A DNA stretch of 64,000 nucleotides, filler included, from Basidiobolus ranarum (GCA_040143965.1; 20 parts of 20 records of this genome joined end to end with filler, not necessarily neighbours in it), one strand, 5' to 3'. Numbered from the whole stretch's first letter, positions 11,939 to 24,765 are shown. The notes: a model not told the origin generated them from the letters alone. Numbers and translations are program-made.

Positions 11939-12782
11939 TTAGTTTTTACGAATGTCCTTAAGCATATCCTCAACATGGTTCATGAATTCGCTTGTGGTGA
12001 CATAGTGGGAACGGTTCATCTGTTTACCATGAATAGCCAAAGCCAAATCCTTGGTCATTTTTCCATTCTTATCCACAGTATCAATACAAGCGCGCTCTAA
12101 ATCGTGAGAGAACTTGAGAAGAGCGGCATTGTTATCGAGTTTGGCACGATGAGCTAAACCACGGGTCCATGCAAAGATAGAGGCGATGGGGTTAGTAGAG
12201 GTTTCATTTCCTTTTTGATGTTCCCGGTAATGTCTGGTAACAGTTCCGTGTGCAGCCTCAGCTTCTAAAGTTTTACCATCTGGAGTGACAAGGACTGAAG
12301 TCATCAAACCTAAAGAACCGAAGCCTTGGGCTAATATATCAGATTGAACATCTCCGTCATAGTTCTTTGTGGCCCAGACAAAACCACCGCTGGACTTGAG
12401 AGCTTGAGCAACCATATCATCAATGAGACGATGTTCGTACCAGAGTTTCTTTTCCTCGAACTTGTCCTTGTAATCCTTTTCGAAAATGTCTTGGAAAATA
12501 TCCTTGAAACGTCCATCGTATTTCTTGAGAATAGTATTCTTTGTGCTTAGATAGAGAGGCATACCCTTGCTCAAAGCCATTTGGAAGGAACTATGAGCGA
12601 ATCCAGTAATGGAATCATCATTGTTGTACATACCCATACCAACACCAGCACCCTTAAAATCATAAACGACCCATTGTTGGGGCTTTTGAGAGGGATCTTC
12701 TGGAGTAAAGGTCATCTCGAATTTACCTGGACCATTTACGACAAAATCAGTTGCGCGATATTGGTCGCCAAAAGCATGTCTG
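11939..12782 (-). CDS. NADP-dependent isocitrate dehydrogenase (IDP/IDH1-2 type), 3' part
   Basis: [77 protein letters not shown]. Confidence 0.97.
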
Positions 12783-12882
12783 NNNNNNNNNNNNNNNNNN
12801 NNNNNNNNNNNNNNNNNNNNNNNNNNTTAATTAATTAANNNNNNNNNNNNNNNNNNNNNNNNNNNNNNNNNNNNNNNNNNNN

Positions 12883-13330
12883 CCCACCGATGCACACATT
12901 TTCCGGGGACCTTCCTAAACATATTCTACATGTTGACATTGTTAAAGTATTTTGGGAGTCTGATGGAAGTCGTTTGGAACCCCAGCTGAATTTATGGTTC
13001 TCACTTATTGATTTATTGAGTAGGGAGTGTAGGTAGATAGTTTTGTAAGGAGTTAAACAAGTAAACATATAGAATGTGCTAAGGAAGGTCTCAGGAGCAT
13101 ATGCGCAAAGTTCAGGGTCTCCAGGACAAGTTCGAAAAAATCTGTATATCTAAGGGTGATATCTTTGTGAAATATGGAATACTTAAATATTAAGCTATAT
13201 GTAACTATATAGATGCTAATTTCCGCAGATTTGTCTACTCCTTGACAAAAGTATGAATGTCACTTACACTGCATCAATTCTTCTGGTTCTCCAAAGCACT
13301 GCCAATAACTCCCAAAATACTTTCACACTA
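12883..13330. repeat. Degraded LTR-A fragments in both orientations
   Basis: Matches to LTR-A segments (GGGACCTTCCT..ACATATTCTACA; CTCCCAAAATACTTTCACA). Confidence 0.65.
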
Positions 13331-14838
13331 GTCTCATTCTAACTTCAATATATTATACAAGATGTCTATGTGGAGGTGGTGGAAGCAACTCTCCCTTATA
13401 GAGTAATAATTAAGGCCTACAGAGAGCAAAACAATATCCTGCAATATTAGCTAACTCTGTATGAATATTAGCCAGCTATGTGCTACCCCTATAGTGGTAG
13501 CCAACTAGTAATTGGCCATTTGCACAACTATGCTATTATTGAGGATGTCTTCTAGTTAGTATATATACTTAGGAAATTCTCATTGAGTTAGTGCCTAGAT
13601 CATTCCATACGGCATTTGGTTTCTCAGTATTAATAAGTTACATACATCTATATTTAACCGATTCCACACCTGAGCCTACTTCTGTGTCATTATCTATGCC
13701 CACAAAACGATTGGCCAAAGCTTTCCAGCCAATATAGGATAGGAATGTACAAATGAGCTTTTAACAAATACAGGCAACATATAGATTCTACTGACACATC
13801 AGGAACTTGAGCAAAAAACCATGACAATTCATTTATGCATTAACTGGCCAGTTAAACTGTCATTAAGTATATTCCACTATGCCAAGACAATCACCTAAGA
13901 TGACAACCACAATGAATCTCAAGTGGCGCAACAATCACCTGGGTAACATGTAGAAGTATAAAAATCACTGAGTTTTCACCTGGTCGATTGCATTGCAGCA
14001 TTTTTATTACTACGCAATGCAAAATTGACATGGTTAAGTAGCAATGGAGCCCATTAGAGAAACACCAAGACCGTGATTTTATAACTCTACCTGCAGCTCG
14101 GTATGGTAAGATCTAGAATCTTGATAAACATTTGTATCAGTAATTCCCTATCTCTGATTTATATACACGCTGTGCCGCAGCATTGGCGCTAAACCTTAAT
14201 CTGCTAATTTTGGTCACTATTAAGAATTAAAAATAACTAGATTCCAAATAATCTAGTCAGTAACGAATTTACTTGTAGTTCACTCACCTGGCCACTTATT
14301 TGTCATTAGTGTAATGGCAAGATATTTGTAACATCCAAATGAACTGGTTTCCCAACCTCTCTTTATTCAATTCAGTATATGGCATCTTATTTATTATTGG
14401 TAAAATGTCCAAGTGATAAAGACGCTCTTTGCGATCTTGTCAAAATCTCTTCAGCTCGGTTAGATAAATGTACATAATTCCAAAGAATGTTTCCACAAGT
14501 ATGCAAACTTGAATATAAGTTACCCTTCGTGGGAGCTAGTATATGTGCGTTTTAACTTGTAGATTAATCAACATGTGTTGCCGCTCACTCGGAGTAATCA
14601 CAGTGATCAGAGCAGTCTGGTTGACCATGACAAGAGATAGTGAGTATAATATCTATATACAGGATACAAGATAACAAGGGCAATTATCTTGGTTGGTAAT
14701 TACCTACCTAGCTCATTGTATTCGGTGACTTAAAAATCCGGGATACGAACTTTTTATGGTAGATAGGCAACAACTCAATTCTTTAGAAGAATACAAAGGT
14801 TTTTATTTCTTAAATTATCCTGTAGTTTGATTTGGAAG

Positions 14839-15999
14839 CTATCTCATCATGTAATTCACAGAGCCACACCTCCATCCTTTACCATGTTTCTTACTTACCA
14901 CCAAATACATATCATTTTGCTCAATATCGGCATCTGTTAAAGTTAACGTAGAGTGAACATATCGGATACGAGGCAATTTTTGGGTTGCATTTATGACGTC
15001 TGCGCTGGTTACTCCTTTTAATGAAACAAGATGGATTTCCGTAACATGCAGCATGTATCGCTGTAAGAGGGCAGATAATGTCTCCCCAGAGATTTCAAAC
15101 CCTGTAAAGCGATACATGCATTTACGGCTGATTTCCTTTCTAGGTACTACGTGGCTCAGACATTCAGTAGGTACATCTGTTCTGAGTATCTCATTCAAAG
15201 TCAAGGTTTGATGGTACTTTCCAATGTTGAGATTGAGATGTTCCAGTCGTGGGCATGAATCCAATAAGTGGAATTGGAAGAGGGTGGCTGATTCTCCTAT
15301 CAGTATCAGGCTCTTTAAGTACAGCAACTCCCAGTCCCAGGTCCATGCCCAACAAGGTGAGTCGGATGGCCGTATTGGAGAAAACGAGCCATTTTCGAAA
15401 AGCAAGATAGTTTCTAATAACGGCGAGTGTTTGAGAGAGGCAAAATTGAATTTGTAACATATTCCGTTAAGCAATGAGATTCTTCGAAGATTTGGTAGTC
15501 TAAGCACCGGGCCAAATTCAGGGCTACTACCACATTCCTTACTATGGCTGATTAAGCGAAGTTCTTTCAAAGACGGGCAGAAGTTGAGTGATTCAAGGTC
15601 AAACAAAGTAAAGTCCACAAACTGTATTTGGATCTTTACAAGGTTAGGTAGCAACCAATCCCAGTTGAGAGGTACACGACAGGGCTTACGGAAAAGTGTT
15701 TCTTCTACATCAATAACTCTGATTGTATTCTGGAAAGCATAGATAATATCATTAACAACACGGAGGGCAGAAACTTTCTGACATTTCGCGTATACCTCTC
15801 GAAGGGGTGGTAGTTTGATATCCAGCGTACTGCTTAAAGAGGAGTCAGAGCCTACAAGTAAATCACGCTTTTCTACTGCCCACTTGAAACTATTTGATCT
15901 GGATGTACAGAAACGGATCTTTTCCAATTTAGGACAATGCTTAAATAAAGATTCTGAGTCCCGGTTTGGTACTTTCACTTCATCTCTCATGAATGGGGC
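14839..15999 (-). CDS. Leucine-rich-repeat (RNI/F-box-associated-like) protein, 5'-truncated
   Basis: Open frame of 383+ aa to the contig edge. Repeated CPxLxxLxL motifs and W-x-W-D-W-x-L-x-x-L blocks. CpG retained. Confidence 0.7.
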   Translation of the reverse strand, partial: APFMRDEVKVPNRDSESLFKHCPKLEKIRFCTSRSNSFKWAVEKRDLLVGSDSSLSSTLDIKLPPLREVYAKCQKVSALRVVNDIIYAFQNTIRVIDVEETLFRKPCRVPLNWDWLLPNLVKIQIQFVDFTLFDLESLNFCPSLKELRLISHSKECGSSPEFGPVLRLPNLRRISLLNGICYKFNFASLKHSPLLETILLFENGSFSPIRPSDSPCWAWTWDWELLYLKSLILIGESATLFQFHLLDSCPRLEHLNLNIGKYHQTLTLNEILRTDVPTECLSHVVPRKEISRKCMYRFTGFEISGETLSALLQRYMLHVTEIHLVSLKGVTSADVINATQKLPRIRYVHSTLTLTDADIEQNDMYLVVSKKHGKGWRCGSVNYMMR

Positions 16000-16099
16000 N
16001 NNNNNNNNNNNNNNNNNNNNNNNNNNNNNNNNNNNNNNNNNNNTTAATTAATTAANNNNNNNNNNNNNNNNNNNNNNNNNNNNNNNNNNNNNNNNNNNN

Positions 16100-16210
16100 A
16101 AAATCAAATCTAACTTGACGATTTTATGACGGTAAGTAAACGGTCAATCCCAAATGGATTAAAATTGTGATGGTTTTCCTACGATAACAATCCTCAAATT
16201 TCTGTTAGGG
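16100..16210 (+). mobile_element. Right terminus of the CACTA-like element, CpG-retaining copy
   Basis: Ends AAATTTCTGTTAGGG. Has CG where other copies have TG or CA. Confidence 0.85.
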
Positions 16211-16269
16211 GAAATAGTTAGGTGTATAAAGATAGAGATAATAAATATGATAAAGACAATAAACTTCAA

Positions 16270-18272
16270 CATGGACTAGTGCTTGCCATTAACCAAGAGT
16301 CTATAACAAAACCATTATCTGCTTCTTCAACTTCTGATATACTACCATCAGTACTGGAATAGCCAAGGTCAACATCTAGCTCCATGTCCTCAAAGTTGCC
16401 TGGACTTACAGGTTTAACCAAAGTTGATTTTTCACCAACATCATTCTGGTCATATAATTGTGGTACCTCTACAGTATCTTGACTTTTGGCAGTGTTGCCA
16501 AAGGTCTGAGGTAAAGCAGAGCCAGTGGGCTCAGTGGGCAAAACTAAAGTTGATTTTGTACACTTATTACTGTTGATGTTCACCAGGCTTTTGTTAGGAA
16601 AATATGGGCTGTTTGGAGGAACTTTAGACAATGCAGTTATGATTAGCTTTGGGAGATAGTTATTTGTTGCCCAGATATGAAGCATAAATATATTTTGCTG
16701 GAAATACAGAAAAACAACACTGGAGTTGGTTTCACAACATCTGTGGAAGTAAAATGAGCTATCTTTGGGCAATTTGGAAAAGTTAGAAATTTCCAATATG
16801 AAATTGCTAATTCTCACATCATTTGCATATATATATAATATATGTTCCAATTTGCAGCTAAGTGTTATTTGACTAAGTAATGTTAACCAACTTATATGTG
16901 ATATATGAAATAGTTAGGTGTCTAAAGATAGAGATAACAAATATGATAAAGACCATAAACTACAACAGCTTTGTGCAGCTGGTGGTTTTATAGAGTGACC
17001 ATGCTTGTGATTATTTTTTCTATGAAGCCTATGGCTTTCATAGCTCATGAAATTGATACAAAAATAGCATGGCTTCTTTAATGGTCTGTTGCGGCATGAT
17101 GAAGATATTGTAGAAAAGAGAACACCTCCTACATAAGGGTGGTATTTAAGGTAAAGCCCATGAGTATCATCAGCTAATTCAGAGATAGTGGCATGGATGA
17201 GTCATCAGGGGATTTACATGATATTCCAGCTAATTGATGGCAATTGTGGTTGATCAACAGCTGTTTCTAAGCAATTTCACTACAAAAAGTTTACCATCTG
17301 AAAATTTCAATGCCATTCAAAACATATTCAAAATCAAAATTGGCTTCCAAGAAAAGCCTGCTGGCATGCAAGGAAAGGTACCTGGAAGAACAGAGAACTT
17401 CATTGATGAGCAGTCTAGTAATCCAATATCCACTTTAGAAGCATCAAGATGCCAGAAACTAACTCAAGCAATGGTGAAGCAGTGATCAATTCACCAGATG
17501 TGTTCCTCTCTAGCAATGGTGAAGTGCAGAGATTGTAATCCCCCAATTGCATAGTAAGTCAATAGTTGAGCAAGGTTCAACAAAAATATTGTCAACACCA
17601 TCAACACCATCAACTTCCAAAATTACTACTTTGCCCACTATTGAACAACCCTCCATAGAAAATTTGGATAGAATTATTAAAACACGGGAATCACAGGCAG
17701 AACACCAAAATGGTTTGTATGAAATCATAAGTAAAAACTACAAAGTTGCTATACAGGCCATGACAAGCACTAATGCCACAATATTGCTATTAATGCAGTG
17801 CTCAGAACAACTAGTCAATAGTCAGAGAGTTTCACACCAATGATGCAAGAACTTCAGAATGCTGCACTCTCCATCCATTCTCATATGGGATTTCAATTGA
17901 TCCCAGACCTTACTTATGAATGTCACTGTGACAATCTAGCAGAGCAGAATATATGACAAACCATTAAGCCTACACAACAACCCAAAATTGCTTTGGCGTA
18001 TGAGAGTGGCAATCTCATAGGAAAGCTGGCAAACAAAAAGACTCTAAATGTCAGAGCTGCCATCACTTGCTTTGAAGATGAGTGGTTTAACATTTGAAAA
18101 TTGTGTGGAATTTAGCCCCAAATCACCTAAATTTGAGCCAATCATTGAAAAACCAAAAACCAGATATTACTCTGAAGGTTCTTGTCCTATTTTATGTGCG
18201 TTATCCTGGATTTTTGCAAGCAAATGGTAATTGGGCTTGTATAGGCCTATTCATGAAACATATCAGAAGTGT
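16270..18272. mobile_element. Central part of the CACTA-like element (transposase 5' end on minus, accessory ORF on plus)
   Basis: Colinear with 4530-5640 and 35597-36780. Confidence 0.8.
16592..16967 (-). mobile_element. Solo copia LTR (family B) with 5-bp TSD GCTTT
   Basis: TGTTAG...CAACA ends. GCTTT at 16587-16591 and 16968-16972. Empty site at ~4831-4845. Confidence 0.9.
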
Positions 18273-18279
18273 GTGCAAT

Positions 18280-19214
18280 TCTGAACTTTGAAAAGAGTAT
18301 TAATTGTTTATGGATGTCCTCAAGGAAAGTGGCATGGCCTGAGGAAGCAGGGCAAGGAAGATTGGATGGTGGGTGAATTGTGAAACAAAGATGGAATCCA
18401 TAATTTGCAAAGATAGGAAGTTGCTTTGTTGAGTTATGATAAGAGCTGTTGTAAGCAAATTCAGCAAGAGGCAAGAGTTTTGTCCAATTATCTTGATTAT
18501 AGTTGATAGTGCATTGCAAATATTGTTCCAAAACTTGATAGACTCTTTTTTGTTTGGCCATTGGATTGGGGATGGAAGGAAGTGGAGAGCTTGGCAGAGA
18601 TACCCAAGGTATGGAGGAGACTTTTCCAGAATTTGGAAGCAAACTGCGGTCCTTGGTCAGAGATGATAGTTTCAAGGAGTCCATGTAGGTGGAAGATATT
18701 TTGAGTTGCCAATTTTGCTGTTTGTTTTGCATCAATTGACTTGTTGCAGGGCACAAAGTGGGCCATCTTTGTTAAACAGTCAACAATTACCAGAATTGAA
18801 TCTTATTTGGCAGGTAAGGGTGGATCAGTTATGAAATCCAGGGATATGCATTTCCACTGCTGATCAGGAATTGGAACAGGCTGTAGGAGGCCATAGGGCT
18901 GATGTTTTGGAGTCTTCACTCAAGCACAAGTATCACAGGCAGAAACATAAGTCTTGACAAATGCAAACATTTTGGCCACCAATAATCCCTGGATGCCAAC
19001 ATATATGATTTGGCAAGACCAAAGTATCCTGCTAGTAGTGAATCATTTCTTTCCTGCATGATTTTGAGTCTGGACGTGTGGTCTGGAATTTAGAGGCTCT
19101 TCGTATGAAACAAGTGATAATTGATGATAGAGAAATGGCAGTACAGGTTCAAGCTTGTGAGGTCTTTGGGTGTTTCCTGGGCTTTATTGATTGATATTAC
19201 CAATGGTTCTTCAG
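18280..19214 (-). mobile_element. Ty3/gypsy (Tf2-like) integrase pseudogene
   Basis: YVSACDTCA, MAHFVPC, IISDQGPQFASKFW, LSTSFHPQSNGQT, LLPLAEFAYNSS, ANYGFH. Confidence 0.92.
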
Positions 19215-19316
19215 NNNNNNNNNNNNNNNNNNNNNNNNNNNNNNNNNNNNNNNNNNNNTTAATTAATTAANNNNNNNNNNNNNNNNNNNNNNNNNNNNNN
19301 NNNNNNNNNNNNNNCT

Positions 19317-19517
19317 ACGACCACTAGTGCTACCACCACCACCTCTCCTGGTACTGGCGTTTGCGCAGGTGTCGCAGCCTGGGTATCCAATATTGCTTAT
19401 ACTGGTGCTCAAAAGGTTACTTACAACGGACGTCTTTGGCAAGCCAAATGGTGGACACAGAATGATACTCCTGGAAAGAATAGCCAGGATGTATGGTCTG
19501 ATTTAGGTGCTTGTTAG
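19317..19517 (+). CDS. C-terminal Thr-rich linker plus CBM5/12 (ChtBD3) chitin-binding domain of a probable secreted enzyme, 5'-truncated
   Basis: TTTSATTTTSPGTGVCAGVAAWVSNIAYTGAQKVTYNGRLWQAKWWTQNDTPGKNSQDVWSDLGAC*. Not in the ORF track. Confidence 0.9.
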   Translation, partial: TTTSATTTTSPGTGVCAGVAAWVSNIAYTGAQKVTYNGRLWQAKWWTQNDTPGKNSQDVWSDLGAC

Positions 19518-19739
19518 TTGCATCACTTGACGTTGAATAAATTGAATATTTAAGTAAACAAAAATCAGTAGTTAACATTCTATATTGGAGTTTTATTTTG
19601 TGAATATTATTATTACTCCATAAGGTGAGTTACAGATATGATTGAACTGATGGGGATTTACATCCGATATTGTGCCTAATACATGATGAAAAGTTGAGTA
19701 TTGTACAGTAGAGAAGCTGTCTCTTTTGATATATCATTC

Positions 19740-22429
19740 CTACATATTTTTCAGCACGGAAACGTTTCAAATCAAGTGAAGAACAGATCACAGTCACTGA
19801 AGAAAGTACCATGGCTAGGCCTGCTAGTTCAGGAGGGAAAGGTTGTAACCATAATGGGTAGAAAACACCAGCAGCTACTCAAGATTATCGGTCACTGAAG
19901 TGGCATATTGACTACCAATGGATGTGATCCAACCGGGACTTCCGATTTGAACAGTAAGGGATGCAAACTGTACCTCAGCAGACTCTGAAGATTCACCAGA
20001 GTAAATGAATTCGGGGAAGATTTTGGTTTCGGGATTGTTGGATATATTAATTATCGCCTCAATACCCTTACCAGGGACTTCCTGACAAGATTCCACCTCG
20101 AAAGGAATGATGGACGAGTAATCAGTAGGCAAGTTGGCATCACCAGTGGGTTCTGAGTCGGAGGTTTTCTTGTGATCAAAAGACGGAGAAATGATTTCAG
20201 TAGCATACTGTACTACCGCACGGGCGAGAGGATGTTCGGATCCATTCTCGAGTTTATGCACTAACTCCCATAAGAAACGTTCCGCGTCCGAGAGGATTAA
20301 GGTCTTTGTATCATCTTCTTTCTTTTCGGAATCAAAGGTAGCCGTTTTAGAATCACGGGTAATATGCTCACTACTCAAGTACATTCTGACTCCATTGACA
20401 ATAGGCTTACCAATAGTCAAAGTTCCAGTCTTATCAAAGACAATAGCATCAAGTCTGTTGATCATTTCAAGAGCTAAACCTCCACCTTTGATCAATACAC
20501 CATGTTTGGCGGCAACACCGGTTCCAACCATAATAGCGGTAGGAGAAGCGAGTCCTAGACCACAGGGGCAAGCAATGACTAGAACGGTGATGGCAAACCA
20601 TAAGGCAAACACAGCGGGGGAAGTTTTCTGCTTTGTAATCCATTCAGTAGGAACGTTACCTGCATATCCAAGTGAGCACCACAATATAAAGGTAATAATT
20701 GCGAGGACAATGACAAGAGGAACAAATACTCCTGAAAGCATATCTGCCAGTTGTTCCATGGGTGCCTTCTTTGCAGACTGTGCTTCCTGCACAAGTTTTA
20801 TGATACGAGAGAGCGTAGTATCGGCACCTACTTTTTCAGCAGTAAAGTAAATGGGAGAAGTCAAATTAAGTGTTGCAGAAATGACATGATCCCCCTTCTC
20901 GGCACTCTTTCTGACTGGAATGGATTCACCAGTAATAGTAGATTCATCAAATGTAGAAGTTCCGTGATACAGAGTACCATCACATGGAATACGTGCTCCA
21001 GGGTTTACTTTAAGGATATCTCCTTGCTGAACAAGAGCAAAGTCGATTTCTTCTTCGGTGGCATTTTCGATAGGTTGACCTTCTTTTAAGGTAACAAGGG
21101 TTGCACTCTCAGCTTGAAGCTCCATCAATTTACTGATCGTATTGAAAGTTTTTCCTTTAGCGTGAGCTTCAAGATACTTCCCGAACAAGATAAAAGTGAT
21201 TAGGTAAATAGTAGTGTCAAAGAATTGATGCTTCTCTGATGAGCTTTTCGTAACAATATTCGCAATACAAGTTCCCACGGAAGCGAAGTATGCAACACCC
21301 GTACCTAGTGATACTAACACATCCATATTGGCGGTATGAGCGTAGCGCAGAGATTTGTAAGCCTTACGATAGAATGGCCATGCTAAGATAAACTGTACTG
21401 GCGTGGCAAGAATCCACATGATCAGGAAAGATACACTAAGACCTGGGCAAACCTTGGACGCAAATGCTTTACGAACCGGGTTGTGATCAGATAAAGCTAC
21501 ATCAAAAATGATTCCAATGATGAAAGCAGGAATGGCAAAGCTTAGAGCCCAAAGGAAACGAACAAGTAAAGAGCGAGTCTCACTAGCATGTCGTTCTTGA
21601 ATAGAGGGACCTTTAGTATTAGCCTGAACAACCGCCGCTTCGTAGCCCAAATCAGAAATGAGCTCAACTAAATTACGTGGGCCTATTTTCTTAGGATCGT
21701 GAACTACTACACCAGATTGCATGAGTAAATTAATCTGACAGGAGATGATACCATCTTGAGTTTGAAGGTTGGATTCGATGCTATTTACACAGGAGGAGCA
21801 GGTCATACCAGAAATTGTCAAATTGGTAGTAATAGTGCCATTGTTCTCACTCCCTTCATTGTTTATATCGTTGGAACCGCTCTCTTGTTGAATGGTCTCC
21901 CATTGTAAATCGACCAGGTCGTAGCCTATATTAGAGATAGATTCTTTAATAACTTCTCCTAGCTGCTCTTGATCTTCTCGAGCGAAAGTAGCAACGCCAC
22001 GACCAGTTAAAGAGCTAACGCTGATAGTACCCTCGACAATAGAATCAATAGCCGAAAGAGCCTTTTCTGTGGTTTTGACACAGGAAGAGCAGGTCATCCC
22101 TTCAATTTGCATGGTGGCACGACTCAGATAAACTTGGGTCTTGACAGGCTTTTGGCCGATGGTTTCCCATTGTAAGTCACCCACGTCGTACCCGATATTG
22201 GAGATAGATTCTCCGATAATCTTGCCAAGGCTTTCGTGATCGCCATTAGTAAATGTAGCTACTCCTCTGCCAGTAAGATCACTAACACTAATAGATTCGG
22301 GAAGAATGGAATCAATGGCGGTTAAAGTCTTTTCGGCAGTTTTAACGCATGAGGAGCACGTCATTCCTTCGATTTGCATGATAGCGCGATACTGGAATAC
22401 TTGTGGCGAAGCGTCTTGGTCAGTTTTTT
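19740..22429 (-). pseudogene. Copper-transporting P1B ATPase (CCC2/ATP7-like), 5'-truncated, with internal deletion and frameshift near 19878
   Basis: Three GMTCSSC HMA domains, TGES, CPC, DKTGT and SEHPL are present. No TGDN or GDGxND. The last TM segment VAAGVFYP..LAGLAMVLSSVTV follows in another frame. Confidence 0.85.
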
Positions 22430-22529
22430 NNNNNNNNNNNNNNNNNNNNNNNNNNNNNNNNNNNNNNNNNNNNTTAATTAATTAANNNNNNNNNNNNNNN
22501 NNNNNNNNNNNNNNNNNNNNNNNNNNNNN

Positions 22530-23185
22530 ATTGCTGTGGCAGTGGGAACTTTCAGCCAATATCTCAAAAATCCAGGATCTGAGCACAAAACTGCAGTAAA
22601 ACAAATATTCAGGTATATGACAGGAACTGGAGATCTAGTTCTGGAATACTCTACCACTCCAGATGCACAAAATTTTGAAGGCTATAGTGATGCAGACTGG
22701 GGAAGAACCTTGATGATGGAAGATCAACAACTGGGAATACTCTTTTCTATGGTAATGGAACCATAACTTGGAAAACTAAGAAGCAACCAACTCTGGCACT
22801 TTTCATTGCAGAAGCAGAGTATATAGCTGCCTTGGCTGCTACACAAAAAGCCATGTGGTAAATCAAGTTATCTACAGACTTAGGATACATGCAAAACTGT
22901 GCTATTACTGTATTTTATGATACTCAAAGTTGTATTTCAGTAGCTAAAAACCATACAATTCATGCTAGAACAAGATACATAGATATTAGGTTTCATTTTG
23001 TTACAGAAGCAACCAAGATTGATATCATTGAACTTGTCTATTGCCCTACCAAAGAAATGATTGCTGAAATCTTAACCAAACCTTTAGCTAAAGCAAAATT
23101 TGAATTATTAAGACATAGGTCAGGTTCAAGATAAATACAAAATAATTAGTTGAGTGGGAATGTTCAAATTATGTAAATACAAACT
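22530..23185 (+). mobile_element. Copia RT-end/RNase H remnant, PPT and LTR start
   Basis: GYSDADWG, AEAEY, HARTRYIDIRFHF, ILTKPL. PPT AGTTGAGTGGGAA then TGTT at 23161. Confidence 0.9.
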
Positions 23186-23189
23186 ACTA

Positions 23190-23986
23190 GCAACTGTTGC
23201 TTGCCACAGACCTGGAACAAGTGGAAAACACTTTTCAGTTGTATTACTTATAATCCTCCAGTAATTGAACTACCTTCTTGTTCAAATGGTTGTTGAGCTT
23301 TCTTCAGTGATCTGCAAAACCTGAAGTCATGACTTGTTCGCACACAATTAGCAATCACCCAATCAGGTAAAAATTGTTCATATTTGGCCTTCATACCATT
23401 GATTGGCCATATTAAAGTTTTGATGAAATTACCCAACTATAGATCAGTGAAGCAATACCAAAGTGCTCACCATAAAGCTGATGGTATTACCAATATACTT
23501 GATGGAATCACTACCAGAATCTGAAAAGTTAAGGTTGCTTTGAGAACATGTATGCTCATGCATTTGCATTGGCTCTGGATGGTTTCTCACTAAACAAATA
23601 TACCATTGAAAGGCTTGCTTGCCAATAAATTTAATCAACTTATATCTTCCTACTTCTGAATGATATAAGAGTCATAATATTTTGATACTATCCATCATAT
23701 CTGGACCTAAATCACCAGTGCTTATAGATAGATTATTGCAGCCTTTGAATGTGGAATATGAATGGTTATCAAATCAGGTTTGGATGGGTGAATATTTTCT
23801 TAAAGCTAATATCATTGTATATGTTGGTGACACCCCTGCCATCATTAAACTTGGAGGTTTTAGTGGGCACAATGCACTATCTTGCTGTAGATTTTGTCAA
23901 ATCAATGGAGTCTACTAAATCAGGCATACACATTACTATTATCCAAATACAAACCAAACTCCATAAATTTACCATCAAGAGCCCAG
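23190..23986 (+). mobile_element. CACTA-like transposase core fragment
   Basis: SIISGPKSPVLID..VGDTPAIIKLGGFSGHNALSCCRFCQINGVY. Confidence 0.82.
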
Positions 23987-24765
23987 TGTAGTTAATTTAG
24001 GGTGTTAGTAGCAACTATAGGGTTTTGTGAGATATTCAAAGGGTGCAATAACCATGGTTGAAGAACTCTGGGTTGTACTGTAATATGGGTGTGTGTCTTA
24101 CATCTTGTGTCTTTGAGAAAGGGAATCAAGCCTCTAGAAATGTCTAAGGATGGATATACCACAATGCAATGTCCAGCTTTCTGTTGAATAATATGCTGGT
24201 GCCTGACAAAAGAATATACTGGCTTCAATGTCCTTTAAGGATGATCAGATAAAAAGGGTATATCCAATTAAAAACAACTGTAAACTCAGCCTGCAGGGTC
24301 TGGAACAATGATGCACTAGTAGTGATTTACCCAGGGATATGAAAAATTCTTTGCCTATGTAGACAAAGCTAGGGAAAAAAATGTAAAATATCAGAAATAT
24401 AACAACTAACCGTCAGTACTTCCTTTGAGCTGGTCATGTCCTTTCTAGTCACACAGTGGCCTGTAACTGACTCTGGTAGTCTTTCTTGAGCCTCCTCTTC
24501 TAAGGCTTTGTAAGCAGTGCCGAAAATAAGGGGTGATCACAAGTAGTAGTTGTTAGTTGAAAACCAGGAGGATTTTGATTTGAAAAGATGTGGCTCCTAT
24601 TTATACTTTTCTGGTGGTAGAAATGATTACTAATATATATGATTGGTTGAGAATATGGGTAAGTTAAAGGTGCATAATAAAATTGAAATTGTGCAATAGT
24701 AATGATATTGGCTTGGAGTGGAAATAAGTCAACCTGCCAGTGGGTAGCAACGCTCCCCCACTACA
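23987..24765 (-). mobile_element. LTR family E (TGTAGT...ACTACA), shorter variant
   Basis: Reverse complement of 27104-28194, lacking about 300 bp of internal sequence. Confidence 0.8.

Noticed and set aside
16266-16850. 194-aa ORF
   Set aside because: Chance read-through from solo LTR-B into transposase N-terminal sequence.
20191-21089. Plus-strand ORFs of 219 and 112 aa
   Set aside because: Antisense shadows of the Cu-ATPase frame.
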